A stretch of DNA of 64,000 nt from Pristiophorus japonicus (lineage: Eukaryota), in the NCBI RefSeq assembly GCF_044704955.1, contig NC_091982.1, positions 166,904,001 to 166,968,000 of the forward strand, written 5' to 3'. The notes beneath the pieces are model-generated. The model did no database searches. It saw only the letters and a list, made by a program, of their open reading frames with translations, and had not been told where the DNA came from. Both the position numbers and the translations under genes were made by a program. Of this stretch, positions 24,295 through 37,896 are shown in pieces (the first letter of the stretch is position 1; every line of letters begins with the position of its first letter).

Positions 24295-27200
24295 TGTAAT
24301 GTATAATCACATGGTTTGTCACATGGTATGAACATGCTCAGTTCGCTCTGGCCTAATAAAACAAGCACATGGACTAGCAACTCATCGTGTCTCTGTCCTT
24401 CAGTTGTTCTACCCACATATATTACATTTTAGCAACAAGATTGGGAAAGAAACAGGATCACCTTTTGTAAAGTCCTTACACAATACCACAAATCCACACA
24501 AGGCACATTCTATGGACAAGGTCACTCTGTGACCTGCACATTTATTCACAGGACCATAAGAAGTGATGACCCTGCGTGGGACCTCCCTTTATATACCTGG
24601 ATGACCAGGTGAGGAGTGTCTCCCACAAGTTCACCCCCTATGGGCAAGGTGTGCATTTCTCAAGTATATACAGTATTGCAGTGTTGTTACATAGAGGTTA
24701 CATACATGACATCACCTCCCTGCCCGCCCCCTCCCCACTGCACTCCAAAGTCTTATTGGGATCAGAGGTTAAGTCTTTTGGGTGGTCTGCGCTCCCTCGT
24801 GCAGCGCCGCAGTTGGGGCTCTGGCTGTTGAGCCTTGGCCTGCGTGTCTGCCCCCTGTGGTGATTCCGGCCTGTCCGGGCTGCCCACAGGGACTGTGCAT
24901 GCTGCTGAATGTTCTTGTTGCTCGTTCACTGGCGGTGGTGTGAATACCATCTCATGATCTTCCTCAAGTTCCTCAGAGTATGCTGAACCTTTTTTTTACT
25001 TGGTCCAGATGCTTGCGGCATATCTGCCCATTGTTAAGTTGAACCACTATGACCCTATTCCCCTCTTTGTCTATTACAGTACCTTCAAGCCATTTGGGCC
25101 CCAAAGCGTGATTGAGAACAAATATGGGGTCACCAATTTCTATACATCTCCCCCTTGAATTACGGTCATGGAATTCATTTTGGGACTGGTGTTTGCCTTC
25201 ACCAATGTCGGACAAGACAGGATGAATGAGGGACAGCGGGGTTTAAATGTACGTTTCATAAGGAGCTCCGCGGGCGGGACCCCCATGAGCGAGTGCGGTC
25301 GGGACCTATAGGCCAGCAGGAGGCACGATAGGCAGCATTGAAGGGAGGGACCTTGAATCCTGAGCATGCTTTGTTTTATGATTTGGACTGCACGTTCCGC
25401 CTGGCCATTGGAGGCCGGCTTGAACGGTGCTGTCTTGACATGGTTGGTGCCATTACCCGACATGAACTCCCGGAATTCGTAGCGAGTGAAACATGGGCTA
25501 TTATCGCTAACAAGAATGTCCGGCAAACCGTAGGTCGCAAAGATCTCATGTAGACTCTACGCACGTAGTGGTGGATGTCGTGCATGAATTCAAAATGATG
25601 CACTCGATCCATTTCGAGTACGCATCAACTACAATAAGAAACATTTTCCCCATGAACGGGCTCGCGTAGTCTACGTGAATTCGTGACCATGGCCTGGTGG
25701 GCCAGGGCCACGGGCTGAGTGGGGCCTCCCTGGGGGCATTTCCCAGCTGAGCACATGTCGTGCACCTGAGAACACAGTGTTCCAGTTCTGAATCAATTCC
25801 CGACCACCAAACCTGTGACCGGGCAATGGCCTTCATCAACACGATGCCTGGGTGCTCGCTGTGGAGTTCCCTGATGAAAGCTTCCCTGCCCCTCTTAGGC
25901 ATGACTACCCGGCTGCCCCATAGTAGGCAGTCGGCTTGGATGTAGAGCTCATCCATCCGCCTGTGAAACGGTCTGACTTCCTCAGGGAATGTTCCGTGTG
26001 CGGGCGCCCAATCCCCAGTCAGGACACATTTCTTAATCAAAGATAGGAGGGGATCTCTGTTGGTCCAGATTTTGATCTGGCGGGCTGTGAAGGGTGAACC
26101 TGCGCTGTCAAAGGCTTCAACGGCCATGACCATCTCAGCGCTTTGCTCCGCTGTACCCTCAGTGGTGGCCAGTGGAAGCCTGCTGAGCGCGTCAGCGCAA
26201 TTTTCAGTGCCGGGCCGGTGCCGGATGGAGTAATCATACGCAGCCAGCGTGAGAGCCCAGCGCTGTGAGCTGACGCATTGGCATTGACAGCCTTGCTGTC
26301 TGACAACAGGGATGTTAACGGCTTGTGGTTAGTTTCTAATTCGAACCTCCTGCCAAAAAGGTACTGGTGCATCTTTTTCACCCCATAGACACATGCGAGT
26401 GCTTCCTTCTCAACCATCCCATATCCACGTTCTGCTTGAGAGAGCGACCAGGAGGCATGAGCTACAGGTTGGAGTTGCCTCTCAGCAGTGCACTGCTGCA
26501 ACATGCACCCAACCCCATTGGACGATGCATCACATTTTAGAACCAATTTCTTACAGGGGTCGTACAGGGTCAACAACTTATTTGAACAGAGTAGGTTACA
26601 CGCCCGATTGAAAGCCTGTTCTTGACAGTCCCCCCAAAACCAATCGCAACCCTTACACAGGAGCACGTGTAGCGGCTCCAACAATGTGCTTAAGTTCGGC
26701 AGAAAGTTCCCTAAATAGTTCAAGAGTCCCAGGAATGAACGCAACTCCAATGTGTTGCCAGGCCTGGGCGCTCGTCAAATCGCCTCTGTTTTGGATTCGG
26801 TAGGCCGAATCCCATCTGCAGCAACCCTCCTGCCCAGAAACTCGACTTCCGGAGCCAAAAACACACACTTAGGCTTCTTGAGTCGCAGGCCTACCCGGTC
26901 CAGTCGGCGTAGCACCTCTTCCAGGTTGTGGAGTTGTTCCTCGGTGTCCCGACCCATGATGAGGATGTCGTCCTGGAATACAATCATTTCAGGAATGGAT
27001 TTGAGCAGGCTTTCCATGTTTCTTTGAAAGATCGCGGCCGCTGATCAAATGCCAACCGGCACCTGTTGTGTGCATGGTGATTGTGGTCAGTAGTTTGGAT
27101 TCGTCGGCCAGTTCTTGGGTCATGTAGGCTGAAGTGAGGTCCAACTTGGTGAACAGCTTGCCGCCTGCCAGCATGGCCAAAAGATCGTCCGCTCTCGGGA

Positions 27201-29594
27201 GCGGGTATTGGTCTTGTAGTGACACCTGGTTCATAGTGGCCTTGTAGTCGCCACAGATCCTGACCGAGCCATCCGCTTTTAGGACAGGATCAATGGGACT
27301 CGCCCAGTCGCTGAATTCAACAGGCGAGATGATGCCCTCTCTCAGCAGACGGTCGAATTCGCTTTCAATTTTCTCCCGCATCACATACGGCACAGTTCTG
27401 GCTTTGTGGTGCACTGGTCTGGCGTCCGGGGTGATGCGAATCACTACTTTGGTACCTTTGAACATCCCGACGCCAGGTTAGAATAGTGACTCAAATTGCT
27501 GTAGGACCTGTGAGCATGAACTTCGCTCCACAGATGACACTGCGTGCACATCCCCCCATTTCCAGTTCATCTCAGCTAGCCAGCTCCTCCCCAACAGTGC
27601 GGGACCATTGTCCGGGACAATCCAGAGCGGCAGCCTGTTCACTGATCCACTGTGTGTGACAGCCAACATTACACTGCCTAGCACTGGAATGATTTCTTTG
27701 GTGTACGTCCGTAATTGAGTCTCAATGCGTCCTAGTTTGGGTCTGCTGGCTTTGAGTGGCCATAGCTTTTCGAATTGTTGAATACTCATGAGTGACTGGC
27801 TGGCCCCCGTGTCCAGCTCCATGCATACCGGAATGCCATTTAATAGGACCTTCATCATCATAGGTGGCGTTTTGGTATATGAGCTGTGAATGTTTGCCAC
27901 ATGAACCCGCTGAACTTCAGCATCCATTGATTTGCCCCACACGTCATCCTGCCTCGCAGACCCCTCTTCTGGTCCATCCGCCTCATAAAGTAGCCTGGTC
28001 GCAGGCTTCCTGTACATTCTGGCTAAATGGCCAGTGAGGTTACAATTTCTGCAGGCGAACTGTTGAAACCTGCAAGTCCTGGCAGCATGTCTGCTCCCAC
28101 ACCTCCAGCATGAACTGAGATTCCCAGTGTTGTGAACAAAAGAGCTGTGACCAGGCATTCCTCGCTGATTATTCCTTTGACTGCTCTTGAGCAGCCTGTT
28201 AGTGGGTGTCAATGGCCCCATCCCAGAACGCATTGTCCACTGGGATGGCGTAAATGTCCGTTCAGCCTGCCATTTTCTGTGTTGAAAACCTGTTCTGGGG
28301 TGTATTGCTGCCTGGGGTGCGTCGAACTGCCCTTGCCTGCTGCTGAGCTCTGAGTCACGTTTATGATATAGACTCCCTGATCCATCGCCACATTGGAGTC
28401 AGAGTTGCGCGCGTATATTATCTTTGTTTCCTCCTCCCCCGCCATAAAAGTCTGAGCCAACAACGCCGCCGCTTCCAAGGTCAAGTCCTTGGTCTCGATT
28501 AACTTTCTGAAAATCCCGGCATGACCGATGCCCTCAATAAAGAAATCCCTTCGCATCTCCCCCCTGCAGGCGTCTGTGAACTTACAGAGGCTGGCCAAGC
28601 GCCGGAGGTCCGCAACGAAGTCCGGTATGCTCTGTCCTTCCCGACGTCGGTGAGTATAAAATCTGTGTCGGGCCATGCGTATGCTGCTCGCTGGTTTGAG
28701 GTGCTCACTGATTAGCTTGCTGAGCTCTTCAAAGGTTTTGTCCGTCGACTTCTTGGGTGCTCGCAGATCTTTCATGAGCGCGTAAATCTCAGATCCACAG
28801 CTGGTCAGTAGATGAACCCTTCGCTTGTCGGCCGCTGCATCTCCCAGCCAGTCCTTAGTGACAAAGCTCTGCTGGAGCCTTTCAATGAAATCGTCCCAGT
28901 CCTCACCAACACAGTACCGTTCCTCTGTGCTGCCGGTGGCCATTATCGTGGGTCGTTGATTCCCGTTTCTCGTCGTCACTGTAAAGTCCTTACACAATAC
29001 CACAAATCCACACGAGGCACATTCCAGGGACAAAGCCACTCTGTGACCTGCACTTTTATTCACAGGACCAAGAAGTGATGACCCTGCGTGGGACCTTCCT
29101 TTATATACCTGGATGACCAGGTGAGGAGTGTCTCCCACAAGTTCACCCCTTATGGTCAAGGTGTGCAATTCTCAAGTATATAATGTATTGCAGTGTTGTT
29201 ACATGAAGGTTACATACATGACACCTTTGAGTTCAGAACCAAAACAAAACAGCTCGGAAATTGGTTCAACACCAAAACCTTCTGTAAGGAGATCACCTGT
29301 TATTAAACCTATTATTAAACTGGATTTGTAGTTCATTTAAAAGAAAAAAAGCCAGGAGTTTTTGTTATGTGGAACATGTAATGTTGGGAAAGGTGGGACC
29401 ATAGTTGTGTTGTATTTGAGAGGGGAATACATATATTTTATTTGAGGGGGAAAGCAGTGTAATGTATTATCACATGATTTGTCACATGGTTTGGTATGAG
29501 CATGCTCAGTTTGCTCTGGTCTAATAAAGCAGGCACATTGACTAGCAACTCATCGTATCTTTGGCCTTCATTTGTTCTACCCACGTATATAACA
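24295..29594 (+). mobile_element. Miniature non-autonomous LTR element (TRIM-like)
   Basis: Direct repeats 24295-24426 and 29458-29594 with TG..CA ends and AATAAA; purine tract gagggggaaagcag before the 3' repeat; about 270 bp non-coding interior once the nested Gypsy is removed. Confidence 0.82.
24466..29223 (-). mobile_element. Full-length but frameshifted Gypsy/Ty3 LTR retrotransposon (gag-PR-RT-RH-IN)
   Basis: LTRs 24466-24711 and 28980-29223 (about 14 substitutions and one 2-bp indel by eye); TSD CCTTT at 24461-24465 and 29224-29228; PBS-like gtgacgacgag; PPT next to 24712; Zn-knuckle CWRCG/CRNC..GH, LDTGA, FQDD, CDAS, and integrase HHCC and DDE motifs. Confidence 0.96.
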
Positions 29595-29932
29595 CTGCCT
29601 GTTCCCACAGCGCACTGCCATTCCTACACGAACTGGAAAGCGAACAGACTCTTCATGACCCGATTGGATGATTCCTGACTGTCAGCCAAACAGCCTTTTC
29701 CCCCATCTTCGATATTTTTATAACTAACAAATAAAAGTGTTCAACGAAAATAAAAAAGCACTATTTTTAATGGCCCTATGATTTTTCTCCTGGGTTGTTT
29801 ACACTGTGTCCTGGAGATTAACATGTCATTCCTGGAGGCTCCAGGACAATCCTGGCAGATTGGCAAAAACAGCAACAACCTGCATTTAAACCTACTCCTT
29901 AAAACCTAGCTTTTGGTCATCTGCCCAATTTC

Positions 29933-30337
29933 TCCCACCTTTCCCAACATTACATGTTCCACATAACAAAAACTCCTGGCTTTTTTTCTTTTAAATGAAC
30001 TACAAATCCAGTTTAATAATAGGTTTAATAACAGGTGATCTCCTTGCAGAAGGTTTTGGTGTTGAACCAATTTCCGAGCTGTTTTGTTTTGGTTCTGAAC
30101 TCAAAGGTGTCATGTATGTAACCTTCATGTAACAACACTGCAATACATTATATACTTGAGAAATGCACACCTTGACCATAAGGGGTGAACTTGTGGGAGA
30201 CACTCCTCACCTGGTCATCCAGGTATATAAAGGAAGGTCCCACGCAGGGTCATCACTTCTTGGTCCTGTGAATAAAAGTGCAGGTCACAGAGTGGCCTTG
30301 TCCCTGGAATGTGCCTCGTGTGGATTTGTGGTATTGT
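29933..30337 (-). repeat. 405-bp inverted duplicate of 28994-29398
   Basis: Reverse complement matches with about 3 mismatches; it includes the LTR end, the TSD and 170 bp of flank. Confidence 0.95.
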
Positions 30338-30339
30338 AC

Positions 30340-32495
30340 AAGTTGTTATTGTTATTTATAGTTCCCTTAACATAGTAAAACGTCCCAAGGTGCTTCGCAA
30401 GAGTATTATCAAACAAACTTTGACACTAGGCCACGTAAGAAGATATTAGGACAAATGACCAAAAGCTTGGTCAAAGTGGTAGGTTTTAAGCAGCGTTTTA
30501 AAGGAGGACAGGTAGTGAGGAGGAAAGGTTAAGAGAGGGAATTCCAGGGCTTAGGAGCGAGGCAGCTGAAGGAATGGCCACCAATGGTAGAGTGATTAAA
30601 ACATGGGATTTGCAAAAGGCCAGATTTGGAGGAGCGCAGAAATCTTGCAGGCTTGTCGAGCTAGAATAGATTACAGAGATAGGGAGGGGGAGGCCATGGA
30701 GGGATTTGAAACCAAGGATGAGAATTTTAAAATTGAGTTGTTGCCGGACTGAGAGCCAATATCGGTCAGCGAGCACAGAGGTGATGGGTGAACGGGACTT
30801 GGTGCAAGTTAGGATATGGGCAACAGAGCTTTGAGTGAGCTAAAGTTTATGTAAGTTGGAAGATGGGAGGCCGGTCAGGAGAGTTTTTGCATAGTCAAAT
30901 TCTAGAGGTAACGTAAGTTTCAGCAGCAGCTGAGCTGGGCAGGGACAGAGTTGGGCAATGTTACAAAGGTAATAAGGGAGTGTGTTGTGACAGCTCTGCC
31001 AGATAATTTGTCAGCTCACACTGCTGGCATGGAAGCTCAGACAGTTGCCATCTTGGCTTTGGGGACCAGTGTTGAAAAGGGCTTCCAGGACTTGAAATCA
31101 TTCCTGCATTGTTTTCCAGTAGAGACTTAGGACTGCTGAGGTGCTGCCCCAGGAAAATGATCTTGGTTCCGTGAGAGGTAACTGCTGTCCTCTCTCAGGA
31201 TGTAGGCAGTCTTGGTGATGAAGCAGATCTTTGGTCAGAAGCTCATCTTGGTATCAAATACGACACCAACATTGCGAATGGTCTGGTTCAGCCTCAGACA
31301 GTTGCCAAGGAGGAGGATGGAGGCATTGGCTAAGGAATGGATTTGTGGCGGGGACCAAAGACAAAGGCTTCGGTCTTCCCAATATTTTGTTGGTGGAAAT
31401 TTCTGCTCATCCAGTACTGAATGTCGGAAAAGCAGAGACTGTGGAGGGGCAAGAGAAGTGGTGGAGAGGTAGAGCTGGGTGTCATCAGCATACATGTGGA
31501 AACTGACATTGTGTTTTTGGATGATATCATCAAGGGGCAGCATGTAGATGAGAAACAGGAGCGTGGCCAAGCATAGATCCTTGGGGGGACACCAGAGGTA
31601 ACTGTGAGGGAGTGGGAAGAGATGCCATTGCAGGTGATTCTCTGGTTACGACTAGATAGTTAAGAATGGAACCAGATGAGGACAGTCCCATCTAGCTGGA
31701 AGGTGGTGGAGAGGCATTGGAGGAGGAAGGTGCAGTCAACCGTGTCAAAGGCTACAGACAGGTCGAGAAGGATGCGGAAAGAAATTTTACCACGTTCTCA
31801 GTCACAAAGATGTCATTGTGACTTTGATGAGAGCCGTTTTGGTATTGAGGCAAGGGCGGAAACCGGATTGGAGGGATTCAAACATGGAGTTGCGGGAAAG
31901 ATGAGCGTGGATTTGGAAGGCAAGAAGACGTTCAATGACTTTGGAGAGGAAAGGGAAGTTGGAGATGGGGCGGTGTTTGCAAGGACTGAGGGGACAATGC
32001 TGAGTGTTTTGAGAAGGGTGGTGACAGCAGATTTTAAGGGGAGGGGGTCAGTACCTGAGGGGAGGGAGCTGTTAACAATATCCGCTAACATGGGGGCCAG
32101 GAAAGGAAGTTGAGTGTTTGCTGGGAATAGGGCGGAGGGAGCAGGAAGTGGGTCTCAAGGACAAGATGAACTCGGAGAAAGCATGATGGGAGATAGGAGA
32201 AAAACTAGAGAAAGATACGAGGTCAGGGTTACAGCAGGGGAAGTTTGGCCTGGTGAGCTAGGGGAAGGGAGGGAAGTGGCAGAAGCAGCTGAACCGATGG
32301 TTTTGATGTTTGTAACAAAGAAGTCCATGAGCTCCTCACACTTGTTCTTGGAGGTGCAGGTCGAGGAGGCAGGGTAAGAGGGGTTTAAGAAGACAGTTTG
32401 TAATTGAGAAGAGAAGTCAGGGGTTATCTTTGCATTCCAGGATGATCCTGGAATAGTGAGCAGTTTTGGCAGGAGAGCAGGACCAGATAGTGCTT
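30340..32495 (-). mobile_element. L2-clade LINE remnant
   Basis: LLFLIYMLPL.DII.KH.VSFHMYADDTQLYLS, LADIVNSSL..G..P..LKSA, L2-type 3' tail; unrelated insert at ~30970-31210. Confidence 0.88.
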
Positions 32496-32924
32496 TTTGA
32501 GGCAACCTTATAAACCAATAAGGCAGAAAGTTTCCAATCTCAACCAGAGAGAATGCAAGCTGGGTTAAGGGCTTCCTTATAAGGAAAGGAAACATATTAT
32601 TTGGTGTATTATCCTTAGCAGCTTGTTGCACCATTTTATGGCCAGTCACTGATTAACAATGAGTTTCCAGTTGTCTGGAATGATGCATTCTATTGGAACA
32701 ACTTAAATAGAGGGGAGAAAACAACTATAAACATGGGCTGGGGAGGAAACTGTAAATGAAACAAGGAGGAGAACTTTCAGCATTGGAGGGGGTGTAAAAC
32801 AGGCGATATCAAATCGGCTGCCCATATGCACCCCGCCTGATTTTTCTTTCCATTCAGAACACGAATGGTGTTGAATTGCTGTTTTGTCACCAGCACAACC
32901 AAGGAAAGAAAGACAAAGAAAGAA

Positions 32925-33335
32925 TGAACTTGCACCTTTGATATTCCTATGACATCCCAAAGCATTTCCCAGCCAACAAATTACTTTTGATATATAGGCA
33001 TTCTTGTTATGTATTCAAATGCAGCAGCCAATTTATGCACAGCAAGTTCCCACAAACAGCAGCGATAAATGACCAGGTTTTACTAGTATTAGTTGAGGAA
33101 TAAATATTGACCAAGACACCAGGAGAACTCTCCTGTTCTTCTTTGTAGTAGTACCATGGGATGTTTTACATCAATCGGAATCCTAAAATGGAGCCTCGGC
33201 TTAATCTTTCATCCGCCTCCAACAATGCAGCATGCCCTCAGTACTGCACTGCAGTGCCAGCCTACATTATGCGCTCAAGCATTGGAGCAGGGCTTAAACC
33301 CACGATTTTGTGGTTCAGAGTGCTGTGCTACCACT
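32925..33335 (-). mobile_element. Deu-domain tRNA SINE copy
   Basis: Aligns with 22088-23026 and 38716-39088. Confidence 0.75.
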
Positions 33336-33745
33336 GTAAAGGTGAAAGACAGATCCAAAGCAAAAACCAATCCCGCAAATTTATCATGGTCTGAAAGATA
33401 AACTGGGATCAGAAAGATCAGAAACAGAAGGATTGCCACTACAATCGGAACATTATGATGTTCACTGCCAGCTCAAATATTGGGGAGAATTTTAATCCAC
33501 AAAAATGGGTGGGTTTGGGTTGTGTGAGATGGGAAAATTTAACACATCTCAAATTCGACCCCAACCCCACCCAATTCTGGTTTAAATGGAGACAGGATGA
33601 AGGGCAGGCAAGCAACCTACTCCCAGGAGGTGGGTTGGTCATTTAAGTATTATAATGAGGCTGCATGCCACAGATTTAACCTACCTTCCAGGTTTAACCC
33701 TGGCCGGCCAGTTTTCCCGGGCAACTAAAGAAACTGGGAGGCGAG

Positions 33746-34331
33746 GATGTAACAAATTTTAAGCAAGAGCTGAGGTGGTTAAGGAAAGAACAAAAGGGAA
33801 GGTCTGTGATAGGGTGGAAGGCAGAAGAGATTAAATGACAAAAGGAATGATGGTACAAGGCAAAAGGAGATGGTAATGAGACAAATAAAGAAACAAAAGA
33901 TGGGTCGAGAAGAAGTATAAATCGGAATAGCAGAATTATCAACAGCTACTTTCTGAAAAAGTGGGAGCAAAGGTTATGATTTGTTGAACTTGTTGAACTC
34001 AATGTTGAGTCCAGAAGGCTATAAAGTATCTAATAGAAAGATGAGGCTTATGTCAAGCTTCATTGGAACATCGTAGGAGGCCGTGGACAGAGTAGGATTG
34101 GAAAGGAGAATTAAAGTGACAGTTAACTGGAAGTTTGGGATCACGCTTGTGGACTGATTGGAGTGTTCAGCAAAGGGATCACCCAATCTGCGTTTGGTCT
34201 CCCCAAAGTAGAGGAGACCGCATCGTGAGCAGCGAATACTAAATTGCAAGAAGTACAACTTAACCGCTGTTTCACCTGGAAGGAGTTTTTGGGGCCAATG
34301 GGAAGGGAGGAGGTAAAAGGGCAGATGTTGC
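33746..34331 (-). mobile_element. Penelope-like element fragment (GIY-YIG endonuclease C-terminus and 3' region)
   Basis: IRCSRCGLLYFGETKRRLGDPFAEH; downstream region similar to 37897-38215. Confidence 0.85.
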
Positions 34332-35356
34332 ATAGTACTCCAGATGTGGTCCAACCAGGGCTTTGTATAGCTGTTGCTGCTTATATCAAAATGATCAGGT
34401 TGCATAGTATTAATAAATTGAGAACGGGTTTTAGGGAGGGAGGTGAAGCAAAGTTGGGCGAATGTGTAAAGGAAGAGGCAGGCAGAGAGAGCATCATCAA
34501 AACCTAGGACATTAGCTGCCAGTCTGATGCAGTGGGAGGCGAATGGGCTACAAGCCAGCAGACAAATTGAGAACCGAGACGATGAGGGCAATGCCACAGC
34601 CTGATCTGATGAACCAGCCATTCTCTTCTACTTTGGAAAGTTCAGGGGTTCTGTCAAGGGGCTGTCATTACCTTAGATACTTAATGTATTAATATTTAAT
34701 ATTCAGTCAACCTAATAGAAATGTATTAAAGCGCCCTTGGGGAATTTTTCACCAGGACAAGATCCTGGAATAAACAAGAATGGTTTCCCACAAACTCAGC
34801 TCAAAGTCCACTATGGTGGCCAGCAAAAGCTGCACTATTATGCAATAATTTTGAACTTGATTTAATTTTTTGTTTCAACTTTGAATTAAAAACATGGACA
34901 GTTGCCAAGCAAGCATATGATATTATCACTGCATATAACTCAAATTCTAAAGTTAACAGCAAGTCACTATGACAAAGAACAAGGCCCATTTAATGAAGGA
35001 GAAATATTTAGAATGGTCTTCTGATTTTAGACTTCAGCCTGATAATTACCACTGAAAATCAGGGTTAATCCTGTAAACAGTGATGTCAGCACACTGCAGT
35101 GCAACACACATAACCCCTTTTATGTTTGGTGCAGAAGTACCTCCTTTTCTGCACTAATGGGCAGCATGGATGTACAACACAGCTTCAGTTGACTGCAAAA
35201 CATAATACCACTTGCTTTTACACAATCAATGCCTTTAACGTAGAAAAACGTCCCAAGGTGCTTCCCAGAAGGGTAATCAGACAAAAATGAATGCTGAGCC
35301 AAAGATAGAGTATTTTGGAAGTGTAGCCAAAACCTTGGTGAAAGAGGTGAGTTTTA

Positions 35357-37896
35357 CATAGAAATATAGAAACATAGAAAATAGGTGCAGGAGCAGGCCA
35401 TTCGGCCCTTTGAGCCTGCACCACCATTCACCTCAGTGCCCCTTTCCTGCTTTCTCTCCATACCCCTTGATCCCTATAGCCATAGGGGCCATATCTAACT
35501 CCCTCTTGAATATATCCAATGAACTGGCATCAACAACTCTGCGGTACAGAATACCACAGGTTAACAACTCTCTGAGTGAAGAAGTTTCTCCTCATCTCCG
35601 TCCTAAATGGCTTACCCCTTACCCTTAGACTGTGACCCCTGGTTCTGGACTTCCCCAACATCGGGAACATTCTTCCTGCATCTAACCTGTCCAATCCCAT
35701 CAGAATTTTATATGTTTCTAGAGATCCCCTCTCATTCTTCTAAACTCCAGAGAATACAGGCCCAATCGATCCAGTCTCTCCTCATATGTCAGTCCTGCCA
35801 TCCCTGGAATCAGTCTGGTGAACCTTCGCTGCACTCCCTCAATAGCAAGAACGTCCTTCCTCAGATTAGGAGTCCAAAACTGAATACAATATTCCAGGTG
35901 AGGCCTCACCAAGTCCCTGTACAACTGCAGTAAGACCTCCCTGCTCCTATACACAAATCCCCTAGCTATGAAGGCCAACATGCCATTTGTCTTCTTCACC
36001 GCCTGCTGGACCTGCATGCCAACTTTCAATGACTGGTGTACCATGACACCCAGGTCTCGTTGCAGCTCCCCTTTTCCTAATCTACCTCCATTCAGATAAT
36101 ATTCTGCCTTCGTGTTTTTGCCCCCAAAGTGGATAACCTCACATTTATCCACATTATACTGCATCTGCCATGCATTTGCCCACTCGCCTAACCTGTCCAA
36201 GTCACCCTGCAGCCTTTTAGTGTCCTCCTCACAGCTCACACCACCACCCAGTTTAGTGTCATCTGCAAACTTGGAGATATTTCACTCAATTCCTTCATCC
36301 AAATCGTTCATGTATATTGTAAAGAGCTGGGGTCCCAGCACTGAGCCCTGCGGCATTCCACTAGTCACTGCCTGCCATTCTGAAAAGGACCCGTTTATCC
36401 CGACTCTCTGTTTCCTGACTGCCAACCAGTTCTCTATCCACATCAGTACATTACCACCAATACCATGTGCTTTGATTTTGCACACCAATCTCTTGTGTGA
36501 GATCTTGTCAAAAGCCTTTTGAAAGTCCAAATACACCACATCCATTGGTTCTCCCTTGTCCACTCTACTAGTTACATCCTCAAAAAATTCCAGAAGATTT
36601 GTCAAGCATGATTTCCCTTTGATAAATCCATGCTGACTTGGACTGATCCTGTCACTGCTTTCCAAATGCATCTTTAATAATTGATTCCAACATTTTCCCC
36701 ACTACTGATATCAGGCTAACCGGTCTATAGTTAACCGTTTTCTCTCTCCCTCCTTTTTTAAACAGTGGTGTAACATTAGCTACCCTCCTGTCCATAGGAA
36801 CTGATCCAGAGTCGATAAGACTGTAGGAAAATGATCACCAATGCATCCACTATTTTTATGGCCACTTCCTTAAGTAGTCTGGAATGCTGACTATCAGGCC
36901 CGGGGATTTATCGGCTTTCAATCCCATCAATTTCCCTAACACAATTTCCCGCTTTATAACGATATCCTTCAGTTTCTCCTTCTCACTAGATCCTGGGTCC
37001 CCTAGTAATTCCGGAAGGTTATTTGTGTCTTCCTTCATGAAAACAGAACCAAAGTATTTGTTTAATTGGTTCGCCATTTCTTTGTTCCCCATTATAAATT
37101 CACCTGAATCTGCCTGCAAGGGACCTACGTTTGTTTTCACTAATCTTTTTCTCTTCACATATCTATAGAAGCTTTTGCAGTCAGTTTTTATGTTCCCAGC
37201 AAGCTTCCTCTCATACTCCATTTTCCTCCTCCTAATTAAACCCTTTGTCCTCCTCTGCTGTATTACCGGTCTATAATTACCCATTTTCTCTCTCCCAGTC
37301 CTCAGGTTTGCTGCTTTTTCTGGCCAATTTATATGCCTCTTCTTTGGATTTAACACTATTCTTAATTTCCCTTGTTAGCCACGGTTGAGCCACCATCCCC
37401 GTTTTATTTTTACTCCAGACAGGGATGTACAATTGTTGACGTTCATCTATGTGATCTTTAAATGTTTGCCATTGCCTTATCCACCGTCAACGCTTTAAGT
37501 ATCACTCGATAGTCTATTATAGCCAATTCACGTCTCATACCATCGAAGTTTCCTTTCCCCAAGTTCAGGACCCTAGTCTCTGAATTAACTGTGTCACTCT
37601 CCATCTTAATAAAGAATTCTACCATATTATGGTCACTCTTCCCCAAGGGGCCTCGCACAACAAGATTGTTAATTAGTCCTTTGTCATTACACATCACCCA
37701 GTCTAGGATGGCCAGCTCTCTAGTTGGTTCCTCGACATATTGGTCTAGAAACCCATCCCTAATACAATCCAGGAAATCCTCCTCCACTGCATTGCTACCA
37801 GTTTGGTTAGCCTAGTCAATATGTAGATTAAACTCGCCCATGATAATTGCTGTACCTTTATTGCACACATCCCTAATTTCTTGTTTGATGCTGTCC
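35357..37896 (-). mobile_element. 5'-truncated CR1 LINE (ORF2/RT pseudogene)
   Basis: [53 protein letters not shown], (agaaacat)n tail; inserted next to an L2 tail at ~35225-35356. Confidence 0.95.

Larger units (their letters stand above)
24186..29866. mobile_element. hAT-like MITE (pieces 24186-24294 and 29595-29866), outer host of a nested insertion
   Basis: Left end taggattgcaaact and right end ...gattggcaa resemble tagggttgccaac-type TIRs; right tip missing. Confidence 0.5.

Noticed and set aside
29933-30337. Solo LTR or second Gypsy insertion
   Set aside because: It lacks one LTR tip and includes the TSD and flank of the neighbouring element, so it is a local duplication
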